NCBI GenBank assembly: GCA_029856145.1
Contig: JAHQWK010000004.1
Location: 1 to 64,000 of the forward strand
From: Promethearchaeia archaeon
GTDB lineage: Archaea; Asgardarchaeota; Lokiarchaeia; Sigyniarchaeales; SOKP01
Reading direction: 5' to 3'
DNA length: 64,000 nt
The notes below the pieces were generated by a model. That model made no database searches and was not told the DNA's origin. It worked only from the letters and a program-made list of their open reading frames with translations. This document shows positions 1-10,858 of this stretch, one piece after another. Positions within the stretch are counted from its first letter, which is position 1; every line of letters starts with the position of its first letter. The position numbers and the translations under genes were made by a program.

Positions 1-133
1 TAGGATTAGTAAAATCATATTTTCTTATGATAAAATTTTGAAGCAATGAAGAGTATTCTTTTGAAAATCCCATTGTTTCTTGTGGTGAACCTAAAAGTTC
101 ATTATCATCCTTTTTTCCCCATAGCTTCCCCAT
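1..133 (-). CDS. hypothetical protein, 5' part (runs off window start)
   Basis: ATG at 133-131 preceded by a GAGG SD-like motif; frame open to the window edge (MGKLWGKKDDNELLGSPQETMGFSKEYSSLL...). Confidence 0.5.
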   Translation of the reverse strand, partial: MGKLWGKKDDNELLGSPQETMGFSKEYSSLLQNFIIRKYDFTNP

Positions 134-307
134 AATATAACCTCGATATTTGTTTCTATAAAGGTTCTAATATTCTAATATTCACTCTTATAATAATTTC
201 TTATGAACATAAATAGAAGAAATATCGTGATGAATATCTACATAATACCTAGAAAACATAGTGGGTTGGGAAAAGTTTTTATTATTATATTTAACAATTG
301 TTAAAAT

Positions 308-844
308 ATGGATCTTATTAAAAATGATTTTATAGAGTTCATCAAACAGAGGAAAAGTTCTAGAAACTTTATTTATCAAAAAATTAATAAAGAAACGATT
401 CTAAATATTATAGAATGTGCTCAATGGGCGCCTTCTGGAAATAATAGTCAACCTTGGCGAGTTTGTGTAGTAATTCATCCCACTGTTAAAAGAATGCTTT
501 CGGAACTTTCTAAACATGGGGGAATTATAGAAGACGCATATGTTAATCTAGTAATATTTCTGGATCTTGAAAGAGGGTTTGATAGAGTAAAAGATATTCA
601 AGCAATCGGAGCATTCATGGAAAATATATTATTGGGGGTTCATACACAAGAAGATCTTGGTGCCGTATGGATTGGTGAGATTATAGGTCGAAAGGAAGAG
701 GTTAATGAAATTTTTAAATTTTCGAAGGATAAATTCGAGTTAATGGGGATCATAGCGATTGGGATAGTTGATGAAGCCCGAGAAAAAGCATATGAGAAAG
801 AAAGAAAACGACGCCCCTTAGACGAGTTTGTAGATTGGTATTGA
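308..844 (+). CDS. nitroreductase family protein
   Basis: RKSSRNF and WAPSGNNSQPWR motifs of the FMN-dependent nitroreductase fold. Confidence 0.9.
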   Translation: MDLIKNDFIEFIKQRKSSRNFIYQKINKETILNIIECAQWAPSGNNSQPWRVCVVIHPTVKRMLSELSKHGGIIEDAYVNLVIFLDLERGFDRVKDIQAIGAFMENILLGVHTQEDLGAVWIGEIIGRKEEVNEIFKFSKDKFELMGIIAIGIVDEAREKAYEKERKRRPLDEFVDWY

Positions 845-874
845 TTGAGTCAATAAAAAAGTTTTTATTTTACA

Positions 875-2194
875 TTATTTCTTTTTATTATCTTGTATAG
901 ATTCTACTAAATGTGGATTGAGAATCCATATCCCAATAATAAAGAAAGATATTAACGACCACTCAACTATAATTGAAATGATAAAGGGTGCTTGGGGGCT
1001 AATGGTATCATACACTATTCCTCCTAAGAATGGCCCTATCATCATCCCAACAGATTCAAAAAGGGTAATTAAACCGAAGATTTTTCCACGGTTTTTAATA
1101 GAAACACGACTGAGGAAATTTATAAACACGAAACTTACAGTTAGCATTATTGTATTATCAACTACAAGTAAAATAGCAAAAAACCATAAACTTCCCGAAT
1201 TAATAATCAACCAAGTTACTACTCCTCCCAGTAAACTCGCAATTGCAATAGTTAGATATGGATTAATTTTATCTGCAATTGTGCCTAATCTAGGTGCTAT
1301 AAGGGCGCCTAGTAACGCTGTTGGCAAGTAGAACCATGCAACTAATTCTGCATTACTATTAATATTTTCAAGTACATAAGGTTGAATAAAAGGTCGATAA
1401 AATCCATAATTAACAGCACTCAAAAGAAAACCCGCAAACAATATTATAATTCCTAAAAAAAATAAAAAATTTGGTGATGTTTTTGAAGATTCTGTGGAAT
1501 TCTCTAATTCCGGCTCTGATAGAGAATCATTATTACTCTCAGGATATACAAATTTTTTTTCTTCATCTACTTTCCGTGAGAATTGAATCCCTGCATAAAA
1601 ATTTGAGATCCCAAACACAGGAATCGCTCCATATATAAAAAAAGCATTATTTGGTGTAAATACATTTGCTAAACTAAATATTATGAACCCAACGACTGTT
1701 CCAAGCACCATTCCAATGCCCAAGGCGAATCTCCTCTTTCCAAAGGCAGAAGATCGATGATATTTTGAAGACTTTTCAGAAATTATAGAATCTAACGGAT
1801 TCCAGAAAATATACGCTCCTAAACCTAAGATAAAGGCACTAATATACATTCCTATTAGAGACTCCAGTATTATAGAAAAATAGAGCCCCAAATAGGATAA
1901 ACCTCTCCCAAAAGAACCAATCATTATCAAAATTCGCTTAGAAAAGCGATCAGTTAAATAACCAATAAAAATTGAACTGATTAAACCTCCAAAAGTGATA
2001 ATAGAAAAAAATAATCCAAGATAACTAGCGGGGTAATTCAAAACTTGTTTAATTAAGTAGGCCATAATATATTCAATAAAAAAAAAACCTAGTGAATTCC
2101 AAACCACAATAAATATTACTGAATTGAAATCTGAAGTGAACTTTTGATGATCCGGTACTGATTCTTTTTTCTCATTTCTAAAAGTTAACCGCAT
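875..2194 (-). CDS. MFS transporter
   Basis: ~12 hydrophobic segments; motif A GYLTDRFSKR. Confidence 0.88.
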   Translation of the reverse strand: MRLTFRNEKKESVPDHQKFTSDFNSVIFIVVWNSLGFFFIEYIMAYLIKQVLNYPASYLGLFFSIITFGGLISSIFIGYLTDRFSKRILIMIGSFGRGLSYLGLYFSIILESLIGMYISAFILGLGAYIFWNPLDSIISEKSSKYHRSSAFGKRRFALGIGMVLGTVVGFIIFSLANVFTPNNAFFIYGAIPVFGISNFYAGIQFSRKVDEEKKFVYPESNNDSLSEPELENSTESSKTSPNFLFFLGIIILFAGFLLSAVNYGFYRPFIQPYVLENINSNAELVAWFYLPTALLGALIAPRLGTIADKINPYLTIAIASLLGGVVTWLIINSGSLWFFAILLVVDNTIMLTVSFVFINFLSRVSIKNRGKIFGLITLFESVGMMIGPFLGGIVYDTISPQAPFIISIIVEWSLISFFIIGIWILNPHLVESIQDNKKK

Positions 2195-2260
2195 TTTAGT
2201 GATTAGGAAAATAAAGTACAGAAAAAAAGATTTGTGGTTTAAATAGGTTTTCTCAATTGA

Positions 2261-3712
2261 TTAATCTGTTTTAGATTTATTGCTTAATTCGGTTTCTCGT
2301 TGTTTCAAAATAGCGGAAACACGATTTACATCATCATTTATCCATATAGTAGCAAGTAGCCATAAAAGAGCACCCATTATACCTAAAATTAATGTTACTA
2401 AAACTGTTAATTGGTAATTTTGATTAAATGTCATTAAAACAATTCCTGCAATTATTGGACCTGTCCCACTTCCAATCGCTTCTAAAAATTGATTTGCTGA
2501 TGAAATTTTTCCTTGAGCTTCAGGTAAATTTATTTCTTGCAATACAGGTGGTTGATTTATATTCCAGAGACCAACAAAAGAACGTCCTATAAACATTATC
2601 AGACCTAGTATCCAAAAAGTTGGAAGTGAGAATATAAATATGATGCTACTTCCTTGTTCAATAGTCATGTTTGGAATTGGTAGAGTAAAGAAAAATATAA
2701 AACCAGTAAATAGAATGATGGCTGACAAAACTATCATATAAATTCGGTATTTGATATTTTTTTTAGCTAATCGATCAGAAACCTTGGCAAAAGCAAAAGA
2801 ACCAATTAAACCTCCTGGCAATCCAAATATTATTAGATATAGTGCTACTACAAGAGGAGAAATATTATGAGGAGGACTTGTTAAATATGCAATAAGTAGA
2901 AAATCAGGAACAGCCAATAATATTGTAGTAAAAATGCCTTCGAAGAATGCGATTAAGTTTGTAGGCTTAAATATCGTTGATTTTATTGTTTCTTTATTTA
3001 ATTTATATTCATACACAACTTTTTCACTTGAAAGGACGCTTTTTAATTCTTTGCGCGTTGCACCCCTTTTTGGCTCTTTTCCTCTTATCAATATTATTAA
3101 TCCAAAAAATAGTGCTATAATTCCCATTATCACGAAATATTGTCTCCAGTAATTATTTTCAAATAATATCGCTGAAACTACCATTCCTACAATTTGAAAC
3201 AGTTGAAAAAATCCTTGCATAGCGCCATAAAATTGAGATCGCTCTTTATCTTCCGTTGAATCATTAGCATGGGAAGTAATAAGAGGCCAGATGCCTCCGA
3301 TTGAAAAGCCTCTAACCAAGCTAAAGACTAAGAAAAAAATATATGTTGTTTGACCCTGACCCTCTGGTACAAATCCATTAAAAAACAGACCGATACCATA
3401 AATAAATTCTACAAATGCCATTAATTTTATGCGAGATATTTTATCGGCTAATGCTCCAAATAAAATACCCGAAATAGCAATTATGTAGATTGAAGTTCCT
3501 GTTAAAATTCCTAACTCGCCAGCATGAAGTTCAAAAGCTAAAAGACCATCACCGGGCCACATAATAAATGCAGCAATCACGATATTGATAATTAAAGCAG
3601 AAACTGTAAAAGCATAAGAATTATAGATAAGAAAATGTGGCCAAAGTCTTTTTATTAATATTAGAAAACCAGTTTTTTCTTCAGAATCTTCTGAGCTGTT
3701 TCTCATATTCAT
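2261..3712 (-). CDS. MFS transporter
   Basis: ~12 TM segments; motif A GALADKISR. Confidence 0.88.
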   Translation of the reverse strand: MNMRNSSEDSEEKTGFLILIKRLWPHFLIYNSYAFTVSALIINIVIAAFIMWPGDGLLAFELHAGELGILTGTSIYIIAISGILFGALADKISRIKLMAFVEFIYGIGLFFNGFVPEGQGQTTYIFFLVFSLVRGFSIGGIWPLITSHANDSTEDKERSQFYGAMQGFFQLFQIVGMVVSAILFENNYWRQYFVIMGIIALFFGLIILIRGKEPKRGATRKELKSVLSSEKVVYEYKLNKETIKSTIFKPTNLIAFFEGIFTTILLAVPDFLLIAYLTSPPHNISPLVVALYLIIFGLPGGLIGSFAFAKVSDRLAKKNIKYRIYMIVLSAIILFTGFIFFFTLPIPNMTIEQGSSIIFIFSLPTFWILGLIMFIGRSFVGLWNINQPPVLQEINLPEAQGKISSANQFLEAIGSGTGPIIAGIVLMTFNQNYQLTVLVTLILGIMGALLWLLATIWINDDVNRVSAILKQRETELSNKSKTD

Positions 3713-3757
3713 AATAATGGCAGAAAATGATTATGAAAATAAAAAGCTTTATAAAAT

Positions 3758-4411
3758 TTATAACCAAAAATGAATTATTGGTGAGAAAGTTTCTCCTAAC
3801 CAGTAATAAAAAACAATCCAATATTCGTAAGTAAATCCAAGAAATAATAGAGCATATAAAACTCCAAAAACAAATCCAAAAATTACGTCAATAGGGTAGT
3901 GTACTCCAAGTATTAATCTAGAAATCGCCATAATAATATCTAAAACAATAAATACAGATATGATAATCCAAAAAAACTCCGAAAAATAATAAGCAAATAT
4001 AAATCCAAAGAATAATAGAAATGTGACGTGCCCCGAAGGGAATGATTGCTTTTCTGATTCTTTCATTATGTAAGGAATTCTAATAAAATCATCATGTTTT
4101 TTCACACCTTCCTTTTGAAGGGTAATAAATGGACGATTTCTTCTAATAATTTTATATCGTATTATACTATGAATAATGATACTTTGTTCAAAACCACCTG
4201 TAAAGAGCACTAACAGATAATAATCCTTTGTGATGTACCCATAAATAAACCAAGCTAGCCAAACAAGCCCCCAGAAATACAAAGAGCCAAGAAAACTATA
4301 AATGATGGCAAACTTTTTAGTTCTTCTACTAAAACCACTTTTATAAATAGTTAGAAAAGTTTTTTGATCCCATGCTTCTAGCTTTTCAAGGTATTCTGAT
4401 AATGTTGACAT
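3758..4411 (-). CDS. PAP2 family membrane phosphatase
   Basis: KIIRRNRP, SFPSGH and SRLILGVHYPID motifs. Confidence 0.92.
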   Translation of the reverse strand: MSTLSEYLEKLEAWDQKTFLTIYKSGFSRRTKKFAIIYSFLGSLYFWGLVWLAWFIYGYITKDYYLLVLFTGGFEQSIIIHSIIRYKIIRRNRPFITLQKEGVKKHDDFIRIPYIMKESEKQSFPSGHVTFLLFFGFIFAYYFSEFFWIIISVFIVLDIIMAISRLILGVHYPIDVIFGFVFGVLYALLFLGFTYEYWIVFYYWLGETFSPIIHFWL

Positions 4412-4765
4412 GTTTAAGTTATTGGAATAATTTGGGGCAGAATTTATATAATTTACACAAATTGATATTTATACTTTTTGCTACTCTTAATCATCTTGTT
4501 TGATTTTATTATTCCGAATATAATTAGTATTATTTTAAAGATGTGACAGTTTTTGAAGATCTTGTAAAACTTTAAAACCAAATATATATCTACCATTAAA
4601 ATTTCAATATCATTAAATTGTTATTGTTTCAATTTTAAAGATTTCAAAGGATCTCTACTTATTTGTATAAACGGTATGTAGAATCAACAACAACTTTTTA
4701 TATTGGAATTTATTTTAGAGAAGTAAGCAGTTAAATTTTAGATTTCCCAAATATTTAATTAAATT

Positions 4766-5278
4766 ATGAATGAAAATAACGCATTTTCAGAAGAAAGTCT
4801 AAGAAAAATAGCAGCACAGAAAGTAAGTTTCAGGTTTTCTGTGAAAATCCACGCATATGTTTTTATCTTAATCAATGTATTGCTTATTATCGTAAATCTT
4901 GTCTTTACACCAGGAATCTATTGGTTTTTTTTCCCCCTTTTTTCATGGTTAATAGGTTTTAATATGCACACCTTAGCATATATTTTATATGCTAGAGGAG
5001 TTTATCCAATGGCTAAACGTGGAGTGATATATCATTTAACATCATATATTTTTGTAATGCTTTTTTTATTTATCATCAATTTTACAACACTTTCAGCTTA
5101 TTATTGGGTCATTTTTCCTGCAATTTTTTGGGGTGCAGCTGTTATTTTACACATATTATTTTATATACAATATCTTAGTGGAAAACCGGAAGAAGGCAGG
5201 AAGTTTAAATCAAGAAAAGAACGCGCAATTGAAAAAGAACTGGAAAAAATGAGAAAAAAACAAGTAAAAAAAAATTAG
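4766..5278 (+). CDS. 2TM-domain membrane protein (tandem 2TM domains)
   Basis: two repeats of H..SY.FV..L..IN......YW..FP...WG. Confidence 0.7.
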   Translation: MNENNAFSEESLRKIAAQKVSFRFSVKIHAYVFILINVLLIIVNLVFTPGIYWFFFPLFSWLIGFNMHTLAYILYARGVYPMAKRGVIYHLTSYIFVMLFLFIINFTTLSAYYWVIFPAIFWGAAVILHILFYIQYLSGKPEEGRKFKSRKERAIEKELEKMRKKQVKKN

Positions 5279-5290
5279 AACAAGTTTAAA

Positions 5291-5917
5291 ATGTGGCTAG
5301 GAAAATTTTTGGATCTTGAAGATGACATTGAAGAATTGAGATCTAGAATTAAAAAGGAAATTTTTAATAACCTTCATAAAAGTAAGCTTACTCCTCTTGA
5401 ATTTACCATAATTGAGACAATATTTAATAGTAAGCAACTTTCTGGTTATGATTTGATAAAAAATTTAAATAGAAGTTTTGCAGGTACATGGGAAGCGCAA
5501 TCTGGTACAATTTATCCAATATTGAGAAAATTAGAAAAAGATGGCTTTTTAAAGGCACAAAAAGTAAAGAGTCCAATAGGACCAATAAAAAAAGTTTATT
5601 CTTTAACTGAAGCAGGTGATGAACTATTAAAATATAAAGTGAATAAAAATTATTACGATCAACTTAAGTTCGTTGAGAATTTCTTAGTAGAACTCTCCTC
5701 AATTTTCATTCGTTCATTTCCTAGTAAAGAACAGAAACAAAAAATTTCGGAAATACAAAAAGCTCTTAACGAAACCCTCAAAAATGTGATGCATAATATT
5801 CCTCCAACACTTGAGTTTAAAACAATGTGTAATAATTGTGAGGCTGAAATTGGTCGAGAAGTAGCCTATTGCCCACAATGTGGAGAATCTTTATTCATTG
5901 AGAAAGAAAATGAATAG
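5291..5917 (+). CDS. PadR family transcriptional regulator with C-terminal zinc ribbon
   Basis: SGYDL...GTIYPILRKLEKDG...KKVYSLTEAG; CNNC/CPQCG. Confidence 0.9.
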   Translation: MWLGKFLDLEDDIEELRSRIKKEIFNNLHKSKLTPLEFTIIETIFNSKQLSGYDLIKNLNRSFAGTWEAQSGTIYPILRKLEKDGFLKAQKVKSPIGPIKKVYSLTEAGDELLKYKVNKNYYDQLKFVENFLVELSSIFIRSFPSKEQKQKISEIQKALNETLKNVMHNIPPTLEFKTMCNNCEAEIGREVAYCPQCGESLFIEKENE

Positions 5918-5945
5918 AAAATAAAAAAATAATTTTCAATTAAAA

Positions 5946-7214
5946 TTATTCAATATTAATGCCCAGTTTTCTAAAAACTTTAAGCAACTCATCGTTCGCT
6001 AAATGTTTTAAAATATCCTCTAAGGGGGCTATTATCTCATCCTTCGTGGTAGTTCTGTTCCTACTTATTCTGCCCTCTCTTATTTCTAGAGATCGTTGAG
6101 CCCAGCTGAACTCGTCGTTAAATGTAAAGAGCACATCCCTATAAGCGCTTTCAGTTCCTCCATTCCTAGCTAGGGGTTTTTCTCCAACAGGGATTTCGGG
6201 ATCCTGTAAATAACACCAATCAAGTATCACCCACTCTAATTTTCTATCGGAATCTGGGCGATCTGCAAGATATAGACAATAAGCATGACCACCGACTTCC
6301 GTGTCCGATGGAGCAAACACAGGATCAGCTATCACTTCTGCAGCAGCTACTTTTACACGCCAGCTTGGGATACCGGCATTGATCAATAAAGCAGCAATCA
6401 GTATAGCACCATCTTCACAGTCTCCTATTTCAGCTTGTATACTCTCAAATGGAAACAACCAAAATTCTTCAATCTCTGCAGTTAAATCATCGTATTTATA
6501 TTTCAGAAAATTACAGACGAAATTTTGTATTACAAAAGCGGTTTCATTAGGTGTTTCTTTCCGTAATCCCACCTGTGTTATAACATGCCATAGAATTGCA
6601 TCATCTTTTTTAATAAAAGACTTAACATCTGCATCTATTCGTTTTTTGTACGCTTCTGCTCTTAATGCCCTGCCCGTGTATATGATTGGAGCAGTTTCCC
6701 ATTTATTATTCCAAAATTCGGGGCCATACTCTCCATATTCTCCCTTAAATTTCTCGATGGGTACATAATCAATTTTAGGTATAGGTGATGGTTTAGGTTC
6801 ATCTTTTTTCGCTGGTTTTTTCTCTGGGGCTCCTGAAAGATCTTTGGCTGCTTTAATCCAAGTCTCAATATCCTTTTGAGCAGGAATTTTTGCGAGAACT
6901 TTAGGCTTATCTTTTTTTAATTGTTTTAACTTTTCCAAAGTACTTTTTGGATTTCTATAAGCAAATTCCTTCACAGAATCGATACCGATAAGATTTAAGG
7001 CATTAGCCATTTCAGGGCCTACACCTTCAATTTGCATTAATTCTGCGTGTTCTTGCCATGTATCAAGCGCTTTTACAGAAACACCAACTTTTCTAGCGAG
7101 TTTTCCAATTTCACTTTTAGTAAGTGGAATTAAATCTTCTGTACTTGATATTCCTTCTTTCTCTAAAAGTTTAGCATGTTTTACTTCTAGACCAATAATT
7201 TCTGTTAATTTCAA
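5946..7214 (-). CDS. DUF4332 (HhH repeat) protein fused to a transglutaminase-like cysteine protease domain
   Basis: N-terminal repeats LTEIIGL/LMQIEGVGPEMA; C-terminal GDCED, GGHAY, ILDW (Cys-His-Asp triad). Confidence 0.75.
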   Translation of the reverse strand: MKLTEIIGLEVKHAKLLEKEGISSTEDLIPLTKSEIGKLARKVGVSVKALDTWQEHAELMQIEGVGPEMANALNLIGIDSVKEFAYRNPKSTLEKLKQLKKDKPKVLAKIPAQKDIETWIKAAKDLSGAPEKKPAKKDEPKPSPIPKIDYVPIEKFKGEYGEYGPEFWNNKWETAPIIYTGRALRAEAYKKRIDADVKSFIKKDDAILWHVITQVGLRKETPNETAFVIQNFVCNFLKYKYDDLTAEIEEFWLFPFESIQAEIGDCEDGAILIAALLINAGIPSWRVKVAAAEVIADPVFAPSDTEVGGHAYCLYLADRPDSDRKLEWVILDWCYLQDPEIPVGEKPLARNGGTESAYRDVLFTFNDEFSWAQRSLEIREGRISRNRTTTKDEIIAPLEDILKHLANDELLKVFRKLGINIE

Positions 7215-7343
7215 TTCTCTTACTCCTTATTTTTAAGTTAAATTGAATTTGATTTGTAAAAATATTGTATGCTTAGTTTAAATTCTTTTTCGAAAGTAGC
7301 TAAAAATTAAGTTTTTAGAGTTTTCTTAATGGACTTAAAACTT

Positions 7344-8039
7344 TTAAAAGTGAATAGGAAATTTCTTTTTTGATTCCTCCTTTGAAATGGTTAGAAGAGC
7401 TTCAGTTTCCACTAAGGCGTAAATTAAATCAGCAATTTCTTCATTACTTAATTTGAAAGATTTACTAACTTCTGTAAATAAATTATCCAATAAAATTTGA
7501 CCTTTTTCTTTATGAGCAAGAACTTTAGCAAATTGATAAATCTTTTTTGCTTTAGGAGGTAATTTTTTTCTTCTTGTTGAGCCTATTTTAAAAGGTAAAG
7601 TCAGATATAAATGGAAGATATCCTCCATTTCTTTATTTAAACTTTGTCGTGAATAAGGATCCTTTCGAAACACCGAGATATCTCCTTCGAATTTTGTGTA
7701 TAACTCTTGTATTTCTCTTTCGTATTGATTTTCAAATAGTTTACAGAAAAATTTCAATATTTCTCTCGTAAATCGAATAGGTTTATATTTAAGTATTAGA
7801 GTAATCCAAACTAATTTTCCAGCTCTTGTTATTAAATACTTCCCTTCGAGAGTAGCTTGTTCAATTTCCCCCTCTTCTGAAGGTAAATCTAATATCTCAT
7901 ACTGAACTGAACTTCGGAACATATCAAGTATGTCAGGATCGAAATCACCAGCTGTTTTATAATAAATAATCTCTCTCGATTCCCTATGAGTTATAACAAT
8001 ATATTCAATTGATAATGCTAAAGAAAGATACTCAGACAT
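7344..8039 (-). CDS. hypothetical protein, probable longin-like domain plus C-terminal winged helix
   Basis: beta-beta-alpha-beta-beta-beta-alpha pattern ending FEGDISVF; C-terminal HTH-like segment. Confidence 0.5.
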   Translation of the reverse strand: MSEYLSLALSIEYIVITHRESREIIYYKTAGDFDPDILDMFRSSVQYEILDLPSEEGEIEQATLEGKYLITRAGKLVWITLILKYKPIRFTREILKFFCKLFENQYEREIQELYTKFEGDISVFRKDPYSRQSLNKEMEDIFHLYLTLPFKIGSTRRKKLPPKAKKIYQFAKVLAHKEKGQILLDNLFTEVSKSFKLSNEEIADLIYALVETEALLTISKEESKKKFPIHF

Positions 8040-8330
8040 TGAAATCTGTACCTATCACTGTGATTTCTATGTATATTGAATAGTCCCTTTTTTATTTATA
8101 ATTTTGCTCATTAAATCCAAATAAGTAAGAATTTGTAAAGAAATTAAATCTAGAATCCTCCATTAGAGTAATTATTTGATATGTAAAAAAAAGGCTAAAA
8201 ATGTCATCATATTTTTATTCACATATAACTTACTATTTAACAAAATCATAACCGTTGTTTTTGGGTAATTTTTGAGTATATCATAGTCGTTTTAGAGTTT
8301 GCTGATAAATAACAATGATGGAGGATATAA

Positions 8331-10487
8331 ATTATCTTAAAAGGTAAAAAAAAAGTTTATGTAATTTTTGGATGTTTAATTCTCTTAATATCTTTATCAA
8401 TAAATCAAGAATGTAAGGGACCCAATAGTAATAAGTCAGGTTTTATTGATCCTGAAAATATTAACAATAATGCAATCAATAATACATCTCCAACTCCTTA
8501 TTGGAATTTCAATGCTACTGGTTATATAAAATGTGTTTCAATGTCTTCCAATGGTAGTTATATTGTTGCTGGAGGTTACAATAATCAAATTTATTTATTT
8601 CATAATTCAAGTTCTACTCCTCTCTGGACTTATCCTGCAATAAATGACATATTAGATATTGCCATATCTTCTGATGGGAATTATATTATTGCTTCTACCT
8701 CACCATATTATCCAACTGGTTCTCGGGCTTATTTCTTTCATAAATCAAGTCCTAACCCCTTATGGACTTTTACCTCTATTACTGATCACATGCGTCATGT
8801 AGCTATTTCTGCGAATGGGAGCTATATTGCTGTTGTTACTGATAGGGTGTATTTATTTGAAAAGTCAAGTTCAACACCACTTTGGATATATGCTGCAGGA
8901 GGATTAGAATCCTTAGCAATTTCTGATGATGGTAACTATATTGTTGCAGGAGGAGGTTACCCTTCAGCTCATGTTTACTTCTTTCATAGATCAAGTTCGA
9001 CTCCTCTATGGATACATGATTCTCCTCAAGTATGGTCTTTAGCAATCTCAAGTGATGGCAATTATATTGTAGCGGGAGATCATGGAGGAGAAGTTAATTT
9101 TTTTCAGAGATCAAGTTCAACACCTATTTGGGAATACACTGCAAGTGATGCTGTATGGTCAGTATCAATCTCAAATGATGGAAAGTACATTGGAGCAGGG
9201 TCTGCAGATGGTAATGTATATTTCTTCGAAAATTCTAATTCAACACCAATATGGAATTACCAAGTTGGAGCACTTGTAAGATCAGCTGAACTTACTGATT
9301 TTGGTGACTATCTCATAGTAGGAAGTGAAGACAATAGTATATATTTTTTCAATACTTTAAAAAATGAACCAATTTGGAAATTTGATACCGCTAATAAGGT
9401 CTTATCTGCTGATATTTCCTCTAAAGGGACATGTTCTGTTGCAGGAAGCTTTGATTATAACGTGTATTATTTTAATAAATTACATGATAATAAGCCACCA
9501 ATTATTACTAACATTACAGTGAGCAAAGATTTGATAGAAGAGGGTGACATTCAATTTATAAGCTGCAAAGTTACTGACAATACTGGAATCCAAAATGTAA
9601 TTGCTAATCTTGAGAATCCTGATGAGAATATTTCATTAGATATAGATCTTTATGACGATGGAACATATGGAGATCTTATACCTAATGATGCAATATTCAC
9701 AAGAAGTTGGAATTCGCTAGGATTTCCGATGAATAATTATTTTGTGGATTTTAAAGCAATTGATAATAGTTCAGTAGGAAATATACAAAGTATTGATAAT
9801 GGTGCTATGTTTACTATACTTGACACTAGAGTTCCAAGAATCAATATAGATTCACCCTCACCAAATTTTTTAAGTGGAATTGTAGCTCCAACTTTTTCTC
9901 TTACTATATATGAGCCAAATATTCTGGCGAAATATTATTCAATTAACGGGAGAGCTAACATTACATTTACTATAGAAAATCAGATTAATCAATCAGAATG
10001 GAATTCTATTGGAAATGGAACTGTTAATATAACTTTCTATGTCATAGATAAGGTAGGACATATGAATTCTAGTGAAATAACTATAAGAAAAGACTCTTAT
10101 GTTCCAGATATTACAATTTTTGCTCCAATACAAGATGAAATATTTGGATTAACTCCTCCTGAGTTCAATATTTCTATTGTTGAGGAAGATCTAAACAAAA
10201 CCTGGTATACACTACAGCGTAGTACAATACAAAACTCATTTACAGGATTTACTGGAATAATTAATCAATATGCTTGGAATAATTTACCTGAAGGGAATAT
10301 TACTATTACATTTTTTGCTCAAGATCGAGCAGGGAATATTGGAACTATAAATGTATCTATTTTAAAGCACATTCCATATATACCCACCCCATATACGCCA
10401 ACAATTTTTGAATACATTACATTTCTGATAATTGGAATTATTGGAGTAATGTCAATAATAATAAAGCATCTATATCGTAAAAATTAA
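8331..10487 (+). CDS. secreted, membrane-anchored WD40/PQQ-like beta-propeller protein with Ig-like domains
   Basis: ~7 repeats AISSDGNYIVAG...VYFF..SSSTPLW; DLYDDGTYGD..ND.IFT motif; C-terminal TM. Frame is open upstream of ATG 8541 to 8331 and encodes a signal peptide; true start uncertain. Confidence 0.8.
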   Translation: MILKGKKKVYVIFGCLILLISLSINQECKGPNSNKSGFIDPENINNNAINNTSPTPYWNFNATGYIKCVSMSSNGSYIVAGGYNNQIYLFHNSSSTPLWTYPAINDILDIAISSDGNYIIASTSPYYPTGSRAYFFHKSSPNPLWTFTSITDHMRHVAISANGSYIAVVTDRVYLFEKSSSTPLWIYAAGGLESLAISDDGNYIVAGGGYPSAHVYFFHRSSSTPLWIHDSPQVWSLAISSDGNYIVAGDHGGEVNFFQRSSSTPIWEYTASDAVWSVSISNDGKYIGAGSADGNVYFFENSNSTPIWNYQVGALVRSAELTDFGDYLIVGSEDNSIYFFNTLKNEPIWKFDTANKVLSADISSKGTCSVAGSFDYNVYYFNKLHDNKPPIITNITVSKDLIEEGDIQFISCKVTDNTGIQNVIANLENPDENISLDIDLYDDGTYGDLIPNDAIFTRSWNSLGFPMNNYFVDFKAIDNSSVGNIQSIDNGAMFTILDTRVPRINIDSPSPNFLSGIVAPTFSLTIYEPNILAKYYSINGRANITFTIENQINQSEWNSIGNGTVNITFYVIDKVGHMNSSEITIRKDSYVPDITIFAPIQDEIFGLTPPEFNISIVEEDLNKTWYTLQRSTIQNSFTGFTGIINQYAWNNLPEGNITITFFAQDRAGNIGTINVSILKHIPYIPTPYTPTIFEYITFLIIGIIGVMSIIIKHLYRKN

Positions 10488-10711
10488 TTCTTCTGAAAAT
10501 AAGTTCACTCTTTTACTCTTTTCAAAAATAGTTAAATAACAAAGGAGAATTAATAGAGAATACAGTATAGATTGAAATCTATACAAGTGCAAATCCAAAA
10601 AAAAATTTATTGAGTTGGGAAATTCTTCATCTTCAGAAATCCCTTACATGTTTTGAAACCTCGAAATATACATTTGAATTTAAAATTTACTCCAGAATAG
10701 AGAAAAGAGTG

Positions 10712-10858
10712 TGGAGAAGGGGAGATTTGAACTCCCGAAGGCCTTTGCCATTGTCCTACTAAGGCTGTTGCCTTTGTATCTGGATCTTAAGTCCAGCACC
10801 TATAGTCTTGACCCATTTTGGCGTAAAATGGCGATTGACCATGCTCGGTAACCTCTCC
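10712..10858 (-). tRNA. tRNA-Leu(UAA) with two non-canonical introns (21/22 and 43/44)
   Basis: acceptor GGAGAGG/CTTCTCC-A; anticodon arm CTGGA-CTTAAGA-TCCAG; T arm GGGAG-TTCAAAT-CTCCC; removing 10802-10834 and 10751-10779 gives an 85-nt class II tRNA. Confidence 0.9.
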
